DNA of 22,524 nt from an uncultured Nitrososphaerota archaeon (GCA_964636085.1 CAZWPQ010000008.1:51146-73669); one strand, 5' to 3'; positions 9,082 through 17,864 are shown, counted from the stretch's first letter. Numbers and translations are program-made. Notes: a model not told the origin generated them from the sequence alone.

Positions 9082-9699
9082 ATGAAGAAGGCAATACCAA
9101 TAATCATGTTGGGAATCTTGATGTTGCTTTCTATCCAAACTTTGCTTGCCCAGGATACTATTCCCTTCACTGAGGGCCAAGAGATAACATACTACGTAAA
9201 CAAAGTAAAGAATACAGAGGACATGGTGTTTAGCTTAGGATCGATCAGTAAGGGTGATAAGATAGTTGTAAAAATAACAAGTATAGTTGGTACTTATGTC
9301 TATGCCAATATCTCCGTAAATGGTGAACTCAGACAATTTGGCTATCTCCTAGAGTGGGGAGAGCACTACCTTCTCAAGGATGAATCCTCAATAGCACTAT
9401 GGAAGTCAATGATGGAGGCCGAGGGCTATGAAGTATCTGGCTCAGGCGGCGATTGGACCGCTGAGTTTAAAGTTGAAAGCGAGGCCCTAACAATCAAATC
9501 AATATACAAGTTCAAGAATTACATACTTGACTACTACTACTTCTATACGGAAGCAATGGGCTACTCTGCGGAGTATGAGATATCTACCTCTAAGCCTGGG
9601 CCCTCAATGCTATGGATAGGAGTAGGAATAGTAGTAGCTGTAGTTGTGATATTGGCTGTTGTCATGGTATTAAAGAAGAGATCTAGCACAGGAGCATAG
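9082..9699 (+). CDS. Secreted/surface protein with signal peptide and C-terminal membrane anchor
   Basis: Signal-peptide-like MKKAIPIIMLGILMLLSIQTLLA, a beta-strand-rich Y/E/K body, and C-terminal PGP-SMLWIGVGIVVAVVVILAVVMVL-KKR. GAGG lies upstream. Confidence 0.85.
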   Translation: MKKAIPIIMLGILMLLSIQTLLAQDTIPFTEGQEITYYVNKVKNTEDMVFSLGSISKGDKIVVKITSIVGTYVYANISVNGELRQFGYLLEWGEHYLLKDESSIALWKSMMEAEGYEVSGSGGDWTAEFKVESEALTIKSIYKFKNYILDYYYFYTEAMGYSAEYEISTSKPGPSMLWIGVGIVVAVVVILAVVMVLKKRSSTGA

Positions 9700-9700
9700 T

Positions 9701-9731
9701 GCTTTTTCTATATTTTTTTGTTCATTTTTTT
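9701..9731 (+). terminator. Archaeal oligo-T terminator
   Basis: gctttttctatatttttttgttcattttttt immediately follows the stop of 9082..9699. Confidence 0.6.
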
Positions 9732-10134
9732 AATATTTGCATATTGCCTAATTTTTGCTATTAGTGATGCTCTAAAAACAAAAGTTGCTTAGATCATCAT
9801 GGATTAACATCATGGAACACTTTATGAGGTCCATCCATACACAAGAGATGTATAATCCAGTCGCAAATATTGCTTGAGAAACATACATCATTTAAACGCA
9901 GAAGACTCAGCAACGCTAGAGAGATGCAAAATAGTTCCATATAGAATATTTTTCATATCTCCGCAAAGAGTATAATATTATCCTAGCTACACTGGATAAG
10001 ACATAGTAAACAACTGAGGAATATATTTTTAAAACATAACAATCTATTCTAAAAACACGTAATTTATTCCTTGGGCTTAATTATTATTTCTTTTAAGCTT
10101 GCATATTTAGGCAGATTCAATCAAATTTATATGC

Positions 10135-11826
10135 CTAGACCCTTACCTGGATTATTTTATTATTTTCGTTCTTTAGCTGATGCATGTAGAACAATAGTAG
10201 TTCTTTTATTCCGCTTCTAAATACTTTGTTTAGAGTGTGCTCGAGGTTATCCATCGCGACTTTATAGAGCCTTATTTTTTGTCCAAATTTTAGTTTTAGC
10301 CGGGACAGATACTCAATACTACTTTTAACTAGGATACTACGACTAAGCTTCTTATTTGTTAGGCCCATGATTATTATGGGGTATTTATGGCCAGAGTTTT
10401 TCCAATAATCCTTGATCGTTCCTTCGATGAGAACTACATCCTCTAAGCGCGAAAGATCCACTATTATTATTGCGTATCTCGCACCCAAATAATATAGCTT
10501 TCTAAGCCTTTCAAACATGGGGGACATGTCTAGACTCCATATAACATACTGGACAAAGACGGTGCCGAATGGAGCTAGGTTAAAAATATCATAGAACGAG
10601 TAAAAATTCACTCCCACGCCTGATTCCTGTCTCTGTTCACATCTTAGCGACTTGCCCAAGATCCTGTCCTTTATGGGTGAACCCAAGACAATAACTTTTA
10701 TCCTAAATGTATTTAGTTCTCCAAAAATTAGTTCTATTGCTCTCTTGTATACATCTGGATCTATACCAATAAATATTTTCTCCAATAATCTTCCAATAAA
10801 TTCATCGGCCGTACCCCTGAAGATTATACCTAAGGTCTTTATCGCATATCTACGGACATGGTGATTTTTATCGCCAGTAAGCTTCAACAATAGACGTAAT
10901 GTAGAATGGTTTCCACTACTATAGAATACCAAGGATAGTGTCCTGAGAGCCCCTAGCTTGACGAGGTCAGTGTCCTTGATATACCTCCATAATAAATCTA
11001 TTATCCTCGTATCATTTGTCCTCATGTAAATCCATCCAAGTGTCTCTATGGCAAGACATCGTAGATATCGATCTGGAGAGCAGGCTAGAATACTGACATA
11101 TTTTCTTATGGGCATATGCTTTTCATATATTTTGCTCATTCCTCTGAGTGCTATAGAAATTGTTCTGAGCGCGATCTCATGGGTTTTTCTATTTCCAATA
11201 GAAATTATTTCTTTGAGAATCCTTAGAATCCCTGTGGGTCTACCTCTTAATATTTTTCCTAGTGATAAAGAAATTATCGCCCTAGACATTGGATCATCAT
11301 ATCGTGCATATAATAGCAGAAGATTTGCTATATCTATATTTCCCGTATTCTCATATAACAATCCGACGGCTAAAATTGCTGTTTTGAGCAGATCGGGTTC
11401 ACATTGGCTGAGGATTTTAACGATATCATTATAGTTAGCTACATCGTTTCCCTTCCTTCTAAACATTATCCCCAGCAATGCCAATACTTCCTTACGAATC
11501 GATGGGAAGTTCTTATATACATCAACAAGGATTTCAAAGGCATCTGAAGAAGGATTATAGCTGAATACTTTGGCAAGTATATGCAGGGCATCTATAGAAA
11601 GTCTCTCGTTGTATAGAAGAGGCCTAATATATTCATATACTACCTTGGGATACATACTTAGTAATCTATATGCGGCCTCTGGAACCGATACATTTAGACC
11701 AGCACAAAGTTTGGTTGTGACATATCTACCATCACCGATATTTCTGAGCAATGTAGCTATACTATCCTTCATGTATTTCAACGAAGGGGATATACGAGTC
11801 TCGGAGGGTTTTGTATCTCTTGGCAT
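10135..11826 (-). CDS. PC/HEAT-like helical-repeat protein fused to a C-terminal degenerate Rab-like small GTPase domain
   Basis: About 8 repeats of roughly 35 aa, e.g. AILAVGLLYENTGNIDIANLL, AIETLGWIYMRTNDTRIIDLL, ALRTLSLVFYSSGNHSTLRLL, AIKTLGIIFRGTADEFIGRLL. From about residue 374: IKVIVLG...GVGVNF...VIW...FERLRKLYYLGARYAIIIVDLS...PIIIMG, the Rab/Ras-like secondary-structure motif order. Confidence 0.85.
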   Translation of the reverse strand: MPRDTKPSETRISPSLKYMKDSIATLLRNIGDGRYVTTKLCAGLNVSVPEAAYRLLSMYPKVVYEYIRPLLYNERLSIDALHILAKVFSYNPSSDAFEILVDVYKNFPSIRKEVLALLGIMFRRKGNDVANYNDIVKILSQCEPDLLKTAILAVGLLYENTGNIDIANLLLLYARYDDPMSRAIISLSLGKILRGRPTGILRILKEIISIGNRKTHEIALRTISIALRGMSKIYEKHMPIRKYVSILACSPDRYLRCLAIETLGWIYMRTNDTRIIDLLWRYIKDTDLVKLGALRTLSLVFYSSGNHSTLRLLLKLTGDKNHHVRRYAIKTLGIIFRGTADEFIGRLLEKIFIGIDPDVYKRAIELIFGELNTFRIKVIVLGSPIKDRILGKSLRCEQRQESGVGVNFYSFYDIFNLAPFGTVFVQYVIWSLDMSPMFERLRKLYYLGARYAIIIVDLSRLEDVVLIEGTIKDYWKNSGHKYPIIIMGLTNKKLSRSILVKSSIEYLSRLKLKFGQKIRLYKVAMDNLEHTLNKVFRSGIKELLLFYMHQLKNENNKIIQVRV

Positions 11827-11839
11827 TCAGAAAAACCTA

Positions 11840-13306
11840 TCAACCATTTATGTGTGGAGAATGCCCCCTCTTAATTCTTCTTAGATTATCATTTAGGATA
11901 GCATCAGCGATTCGATTAGTGGCACTAATTATCTGCTGGATGTTGTGTGGACTTACGACTATAAAGTCTGTATGATGATCATATATCCTTGCGAGACATA
12001 AGACGAGAAACTTCGCTATATACCCAAGCAGATATGAAAGTTGTGTAGGATACGATTCCAAATAACCGATCAACACTGTTGGTATGGGCAAATAGTAGTG
12101 CGTTACAAAATCGATATATTCTATCGCTCTTGATAAGCTTTTGTACGAGTTCATATCGAATGCTACCCACAGTATTCCTGATCCGCATAGAAATGTCACT
12201 AGAATACTTGGTCTTATTCTAAGGTCGATATTCCATATGCCATAATCAGCCTTCATCACGCCGATATACTCGTCTTTAAGATGACACTTCCACAAGAGAA
12301 AGTCCATAGAACATAATGTTTTGCGGGCCATATTAGCATTCTTAGGACCCCCTCGCTCCTCCAGATCTGCAATTATCTTCTGCTTAACCAGATAGTCGCC
12401 AAGAAAGGCAATCTTAAGGAAAATACGGCCCCCCGGATTTTCTATCATCTGAACAGCGTCAGCCTCACCTAGGGACATCATTTGGTTCATTTTAAATTTC
12501 AGTTTCGTAAGGCTTATAAGTGAGAATAATCCGGATACACCATCAACACCACGATCTAAGAATTCCTTAAATAGTCCTAGTAGACTCCTACAACATGTAG
12601 TTGCATACTCAATCCATGACAACAACAGGCCACTCTTAGCTACTATGTCGAGTAGTTTTGGGCATTTAGACAGCAATAATTCTTCACTGGCACCCTCCAT
12701 ATTCCACATTTTGCCTACAAATGTTAGGAACTCATCTTTTGTTCTACAAATTAACGACAAAGCAACAATACACAGTAACTTTATTAGAGGAGTATTCTCA
12801 TAGAGACCTAGAATTAATCTAATAGTATTCATATTTCCCAATCTCTTAAAGATTTTTGCAATGCTCATAATCGCTACCGATTTTATAACAATATTATCCT
12901 CCTTATTTACAACCCTCCGAATGAAATAAGCACCGATATCTGTGTTTCCAATATCAGAAAATATTTCTACAAGCATATAGAGAATATGATGCCTATGCCG
13001 AGGGCAATCTAGGTATAGGCGCTCAATCACACGGATTATGTCACTATTTTTGGATCTATAGGTCATATAGAATATAGCCAACACATCATTAGCGAGCCTA
13101 GAATCCAGCAATGGTGAGACATAAAAGACAAACCTATCAATATCTCTAGACAAAACATCATAGTTTGCTTTGGGCAAAATAAGAGTCCTGCCCCCCAAAT
13201 TTGCTTCTACATAATCATTGGATCCTATACTACAGAAGAAATCGGATAATGCGTTTATCCACTCCCTATCGAATATCATCAGCTCATCTCGCCTACTGCA
13301 AGACAA
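11840..13306 (-). CDS. Paralogue of 10135..11826: PC/HEAT-like repeats plus degenerate Rab-like domain
   Basis: Aligns by eye with its neighbour (IGSNDYVEANL/IGDGRYVTTKL, YVSPLL-DSRL/YIRPLLYNERL, IFSDIGN/MFRRKGN). C-terminal LKIAFLGD...DF...IWNI...FLCGSGILWVAFDMNSYKSL...IPTVLIG. Start is TTG 13306 or ATG 13279. Confidence 0.8.
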   Translation of the reverse strand: MSCSRRDELMIFDREWINALSDFFCSIGSNDYVEANLGGRTLILPKANYDVLSRDIDRFVFYVSPLLDSRLANDVLAIFYMTYRSKNSDIIRVIERLYLDCPRHRHHILYMLVEIFSDIGNTDIGAYFIRRVVNKEDNIVIKSVAIMSIAKIFKRLGNMNTIRLILGLYENTPLIKLLCIVALSLICRTKDEFLTFVGKMWNMEGASEELLLSKCPKLLDIVAKSGLLLSWIEYATTCCRSLLGLFKEFLDRGVDGVSGLFSLISLTKLKFKMNQMMSLGEADAVQMIENPGGRIFLKIAFLGDYLVKQKIIADLEERGGPKNANMARKTLCSMDFLLWKCHLKDEYIGVMKADYGIWNIDLRIRPSILVTFLCGSGILWVAFDMNSYKSLSRAIEYIDFVTHYYLPIPTVLIGYLESYPTQLSYLLGYIAKFLVLCLARIYDHHTDFIVVSPHNIQQIISATNRIADAILNDNLRRIKRGHSPHING

Positions 13307-13441
13307 TTAATCTGCAGAGGCGATATTTGCCTCCCGCTGGATATCTATTGTGACTTCATCCAATTCGCTTTCGTCTTTGAGATTAAAGATCTTCCTCTTT
13401 TGGATAGCTATCTGAGTTTGTTCATTCTTTTCTGCCGACAT
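13307..13441 (-). CDS. Small 44-aa hypothetical protein with an acidic C-terminal half
   Basis: Below the ORF-track cutoff. MSAEKNEQTQIAIQKRKIFNLKDESELDEVTIDIQREANIASAD*. AGGTG Shine-Dalgarno lies just upstream of ATG 13441, with a TTTAAATA box about 45 nt upstream. The stop directly abuts the next ORF. Confidence 0.65.
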   Translation of the reverse strand: MSAEKNEQTQIAIQKRKIFNLKDESELDEVTIDIQREANIASAD

Positions 13442-13484
13442 TCATTACACCTAGACCCTTAATAATTAGAATACTTTCGATCCA

Positions 13485-13492
13485 TATTTAAA
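13485..13492 (-). promoter_or_regulatory. Putative archaeal TATA box (TTTAAATA) for the peptide/PC-repeat operon
   Basis: Consensus-like TATA about 45 nt upstream of ATG 13441, which would give a short leader containing the SD. Confidence 0.5.
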
Positions 13493-13861
13493 GACTATTA
13501 TTTAATTACATAGATTCTATCGCAGAATTTTTTAGAAAAGCACTAATTAATGCACAAATGTATAATTATCAAATTAAAAAACATGACACCTCAAAGCACC
13601 CCAAAGTTTAAGCCCGATGTTTTTCATCTCCTCATACTATCTAATACATAGTCTGACAGAACATCCAACAACAAACAAGTAATGCACAGGAGACATAACT
13701 TGCAGGAAAAAGCAGATATATTAAAGGATAAGGGTCATTACCATTATCAAAATTGCAAACAGACATCACTAGGCTATCCCAATCTTTGAATTTTTACTTC
13801 CCTTAAAAAATAGGTAAAATTAATAAGCCTTAATATTATCCCTTCGAGACACATCAGATAA

Positions 13862-14410
13862 CTACCACCACCATCCACGCATTGTAGATACCCCATATTC
13901 CATGGAGGATCTAGCAGTCCTGATAAGCGACAGCGGGAACATTACTAGGAACGATATGAAACCAAGGGGGATAGGCCTATAGCCCCAATCGTGTGCATCG
14001 TATATCGCTAGGCCCCCATAGATTAGTCCTAGTATAAACGCTACTACACCAATAGATACAACCAAATTTCTGATGGCCACCGTTAGAGACTGGCGGAATT
14101 TGGCTATAATAATACAGTATACTATCGTAAAGATAAATGAAATCAGCCCCAGAACATATATATCCCTAGCCTTCCACATCCAAGTCCAATCTGACCCCGA
14201 ATACCTTAGTCCGTAGAAATTAGAGGTAAACCTAATATAGACAGGGCCAAACCCAAAGATAATTAGTATCGCATGAAATGATTCTATATATCCCTCATAA
14301 TAATGATATTCGTAACTCGCGTATATCCATGGTATAAAAAAGCTTATCAATACAAGCAATGCGTATATTAAATTACGATCCTTTGTCGCGACTGAGCCCA
14401 TATAGTGCAT
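13862..14410 (-). CDS. Four-TM membrane protein, paralogue of 20994..21470
   Basis: Four hydrophobic helices. Motifs LISFFIPWIYA, IIFGFG, WTWMW, LGLIYG and PIPLGF are shared with 20994..21470. Start refined to ATG 14410 after GGTGG; the ORF track gives 14452. Confidence 0.8.
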   Translation of the reverse strand: MHYMGSVATKDRNLIYALLVLISFFIPWIYASYEYHYYEGYIESFHAILIIFGFGPVYIRFTSNFYGLRYSGSDWTWMWKARDIYVLGLISFIFTIVYCIIIAKFRQSLTVAIRNLVVSIGVVAFILGLIYGGLAIYDAHDWGYRPIPLGFISFLVMFPLSLIRTARSSMEYGVSTMRGWWW

Positions 14411-14533
14411 AGGGCCCACCAGATGTAGAGTAGCTAACCAAGTTCTAGCCAAAAAATTGGTTCAAATTAATTATATATTTAAAAAATCTTTTCTAATATG
14501 GATATTAGGTAACTTGGATATTAGCTAAGTTCG

Positions 14534-16069
14534 GTGTTGGGTACGAAATATATATTCGATAGGGAAACAGAGCTTAGAGATTTGGAGAGGTATTATAAGG
14601 ACTGTGTGTCTCTAGGTGCTAATTGTGGTGTTATCGTTTATGGTTGGCGCCGTGTAGGAAAAACAACGATTCTAAAGGAGTTTGTTAGAAAGGTGAATGG
14701 TGTTTATATTAACTGCATTTGGATCAGTGATCCATATGTTTTCTTGAGGCTTGTACTGGACTTCTTGCCTACAGATCTTGTTGGAAAATTTAAAATTTTC
14801 CTTGGAGAAGGAGACCCTATGTTTGTGCTTAGGAAGGCTTTTGATGCTTTGATTTCTTTGGCTGAGAGTACAGGCAAAAGGGCCTTCGTTTTGGATGAGT
14901 TTCATATATTTGTAGAGAAAGTATCAGGACGGATTGCAAGGGAGAAAAAGGCCAAGAAAGAAGTCATCACAGATGATGTTTTAGGCCTCCTAAAAGACAT
15001 CGTTGAGGCAAAGAAAGCATTTTGGATTTTCTCAACTAGCTTGGGTTGGGAGAAGGTAAGAGAAACAATAACGAGACCTAAAAAGGCTGAGAGCCCACTC
15101 ATCGCGGTTTTAAGGAAATACAAGATAGAGCCCTTCGATAAAGAAACCTCTATAAGCTTCATACGAAGTATAAATCCAGAGGTCCCATATGAATACTGCG
15201 AGCTATTGTACAGGCTAAGTGGTGGGATACCTAAAATTTTAGAAATGTTTACTACAAATTATGAGAAGGATAGACCTCTAATCGATCAGGCAATACGATT
15301 CATCGAGAGAGGAGAGCTTGACGATTTCTTCGAAAATGTAGTAAAGTTCATTGCAGAGATATCAAAAAGGGACTACGCCCTACTAACACAAGCGTTAAAG
15401 GCTATAGGCCTAGAGGAGAAAACAACGGATCAAATAGCACAACAGCTAAGAATGGATGTTGACTCCGCATATGTGCTGGTAGAGGAGCTGGTTAAGTGTG
15501 AGATTGTTCAGAAAAGGAAAGTAGGGCGGAGAGTCATTTACAATGTCAAGTACCCTCTCCTACCACTATGGGTAGAACTTAGAGTACCACCAGAAAAAAA
15601 TGTGTATGAAATAATGGCAAGGAAGTTGGGTATAACCTTAGAGAGTTATGTAAAGGAAATTCTAGAAGAATACGTAAAGAGAAACAGTGAGGTACATATT
15701 TGGGAGGATTCCAAAGGAACATTCTTTTATGGAAGCACGAGGGAATTAAAGTTCACGCCAAGAACAGTATTAAGGCCAAAAGATGCTGAGAAAAAGTATC
15801 CTATCAAAAAAGATTTTGACCTACTAGTGATTACTAACGAGAAACCAGTAGTTATCGAGATAAAACTAGATTGGACAGGTCTCAATGAAATGGACATCGA
15901 TAACATACTAGAAGTGGCACATGACCTAGGCGGCATACCAATCATAATAATAGAAAAAGGAGAGCCAAAAATACCACTAATAGCTTATGCGGCGAAGAGG
16001 GGGGTCATACTAATGTCAGGGGAAGCATTAAGACTTATCGCCAAAAAGATAAAATTTGCTCATTGGTAA
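14534..16069 (+). CDS. Archaeal ATPase (ATPase_2/STAND-like) with winged helix and C-terminal PD-(D/E)xK nuclease-like domain
   Basis: FDRETEL, Walker A YGWRRVGKT, Walker B FVLDEFH, SGGIP (GxP), HTH TTDQIAQQL...EELVKCEIV, and C-terminal DFDLL...VIEIK. Confidence 0.9.
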   Translation: MLGTKYIFDRETELRDLERYYKDCVSLGANCGVIVYGWRRVGKTTILKEFVRKVNGVYINCIWISDPYVFLRLVLDFLPTDLVGKFKIFLGEGDPMFVLRKAFDALISLAESTGKRAFVLDEFHIFVEKVSGRIAREKKAKKEVITDDVLGLLKDIVEAKKAFWIFSTSLGWEKVRETITRPKKAESPLIAVLRKYKIEPFDKETSISFIRSINPEVPYEYCELLYRLSGGIPKILEMFTTNYEKDRPLIDQAIRFIERGELDDFFENVVKFIAEISKRDYALLTQALKAIGLEEKTTDQIAQQLRMDVDSAYVLVEELVKCEIVQKRKVGRRVIYNVKYPLLPLWVELRVPPEKNVYEIMARKLGITLESYVKEILEEYVKRNSEVHIWEDSKGTFFYGSTRELKFTPRTVLRPKDAEKKYPIKKDFDLLVITNEKPVVIEIKLDWTGLNEMDIDNILEVAHDLGGIPIIIIEKGEPKIPLIAYAAKRGVILMSGEALRLIAKKIKFAHW

Positions 16070-16156
16070 TAACCAATCAAAAGAATTTATTGTTCCTATA
16101 TAGATGTGGCGATGTTTATCTCCAGAGTATTATTTATGGTTTGATGACTATAGTAT

Positions 16157-16918
16157 CTAGGGTATTGTATGCTTAATTTTGATTGCCGTCATTATTATGA
16201 ATATCATCGTAATGAGGATCATTGCGAAGATCGACATAGTGGGTGGTATTATGTCATAGCTATTATAGATAGAATATCTTACTGCCTCGACCGAGTATGT
16301 GAGGGGTAATGCAAAAGCCACTATTTGGATTGGTAGTGGGAGAGAGGATACTGGGATGAATATTCCACATAGAAAAATCATGGGGAATCTTATTGAGTTG
16401 AGAATCATCATGGTGTATGTTGGGTCTTTAATCAGAAAAGATATAAACACGCCGAATGAGGCAAACATAAATGCAGAGAGGATAAGTACGGCTACTAGAA
16501 GTATAGAGCAGAAGTATATGTTCAAAAGTAGGGGTATAATAACGATAAGCGTAGTGGTTAGTGATAGTAGTCCAAAGAAGAAGCTTCCGAGCACCTTCCC
16601 AAGGGCTATACCCATATAACTAATGGGAAATAGAAGTAATCGCTCAAACGACCCTATCTTTCTCTCAAAAACTATGGATGCAGAGGCCATGGATGTTGTA
16701 CCAAAGAATAATGCAAGAACTATAAGGCCCGGAATGAGATCGCCTATATGTCGGCCTCCCTTGAATATAAATGCCAATGTAAACGCAACTGGAAATACGA
16801 GTCCCCAGCTTATTGTTGGAGGCTTCAAGTAGTACTCCCTAATGTCCTTTTTTGCAATATAGAGAGCTCTAACAAAGTCATCAGCCTTGAGGATAAGACC
16901 CAATATGCTCACCCACAT
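16157..16918 (-). CDS. ABC-2 type exporter permease
   Basis: About 6 TM helices, with ERKIGSFERLLLFP, LGKVLG, FLCGIFIPVSSLP and LPLTYSVEAVR. The true start may be TTG 16903 after GGTGAG. Confidence 0.93.
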   Translation of the reverse strand: MWVSILGLILKADDFVRALYIAKKDIREYYLKPPTISWGLVFPVAFTLAFIFKGGRHIGDLIPGLIVLALFFGTTSMASASIVFERKIGSFERLLLFPISYMGIALGKVLGSFFFGLLSLTTTLIVIIPLLLNIYFCSILLVAVLILSAFMFASFGVFISFLIKDPTYTMMILNSIRFPMIFLCGIFIPVSSLPLPIQIVAFALPLTYSVEAVRYSIYNSYDIIPPTMSIFAMILITMIFIIMTAIKIKHTIP

Positions 16919-16928
16919 AGTTTAAAAT

Positions 16929-17864
16929 CTACTTAGCCTTCTCAATAAGTCTAATAAACACCTCCTCGGCATCCGCACCCCTGAGACTTAGCGATACAAC
17001 ATCAAGATTGAATTTTCTTACTACTTTAAGAATTTCTTCTAGTGCGATGACGACATCATCCACAACTATATTGTATGCTCCCCGTATGATTTTAGCAGAA
17101 ATGACTCCCCGTAGTTTTGTGAAGACATCTAGATCTCTAAGCATGGGGTGTGTTTGTAGCTCAATGACTTTCTCGCCACTTACCATTTTCCGAAGCTCTG
17201 CAGGGGGCCCCTCAGCGATTATTTTTCCTTTGTTGATTACGGCTATGCGGTCGCAAAGATTAAATGCCTCGTAAATATTGTGTGTAGTGAGGAATATTGT
17301 AATACCACTATTATTTAGCCTCTGTATTAGCCGCCATATCTGTCTCTTACTCTTAACATCTAGACCTATCGTTGGCTCATCAAGAAAGAGTATTTTGGGT
17401 TCATGTACAAGTGCCGCTGCAATGGTTAGCCGTCTCTTAAGACCCTTAGATAATTCTTTAAATTTTGCATTTCTTTTATCATCAAGCTCAAAGAAATTCA
17501 ATAGCTCTATGACTCTTCTCTTTCTGTCGGATCTGGGAACACCATACATCTCGGCACAAAACATGAGATTATCGAAACAAGAGAGCTCCATATAGAGATT
17601 AGATATGTCCTGGACTACACCAATAAGACTCTTCACAATGGTGGCATCCTTCTCCACATCATATCCAAAAATAGAGGCTTTACCTCTACTGATTCTGGTC
17701 AAACCACAAAGCATCCTAATTGTTGTAGTTTTTCCCGCCCCATTGGGCCCCAAAAACCCAAAAATTTCGCCTATATGTACCCTAAAGTTTATATGGTCAA
17801 CAGCCAATAGGTCACCATAATACTTTGTTAAGTCCTCTACAATTATAACATCTTTGTAGGACAG
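16929..17864 (-). CDS. ABC transporter ATP-binding protein (DrrA/NodI-like)
   Basis: GPNGAGKTT, LSKG signature, LFLDEPTIGLD, TTH. The frame extends upstream of the track's TTG 17807 (IIVEDLTKYYGDLLAVD) to CTG 17864 after AGGTGA. Confidence 0.95.
   Translation of the reverse strand: MSYKDVIIVEDLTKYYGDLLAVDHINFRVHIGEIFGFLGPNGAGKTTTIRMLCGLTRISRGKASIFGYDVEKDATIVKSLIGVVQDISNLYMELSCFDNLMFCAEMYGVPRSDRKRRVIELLNFFELDDKRNAKFKELSKGLKRRLTIAAALVHEPKILFLDEPTIGLDVKSKRQIWRLIQRLNNSGITIFLTTHNIYEAFNLCDRIAVINKGKIIAEGPPAELRKMVSGEKVIELQTHPMLRDLDVFTKLRGVISAKIIRGAYNIVVDDVVIALEEILKVVRKFNLDVVSLSLRGADAEEVFIRLIEKAK

Noticed and set aside
9732-10134. Intergenic region with a short direct repeat (catcatgga twice near 9795-9816)
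   Set aside because: Only two 9-bp copies, with no array, convincing hairpin or credible ORF; consistent with chance.
10135-13306. Roco (LRR-Roc-COR) assignment for the repeat-GTPase fusions
   Set aside because: The repeats are helical PC/HEAT-like rather than LRR, and the proteins end after the GTPase-like domain with no room for COR.
13307-13441. RiPP precursor or ubiquitin/Pup-like tag interpretation of the 44-aa peptide
   Set aside because: No adjacent modifying enzyme or peptidase, and no C-terminal GG or GGE/Q motif.
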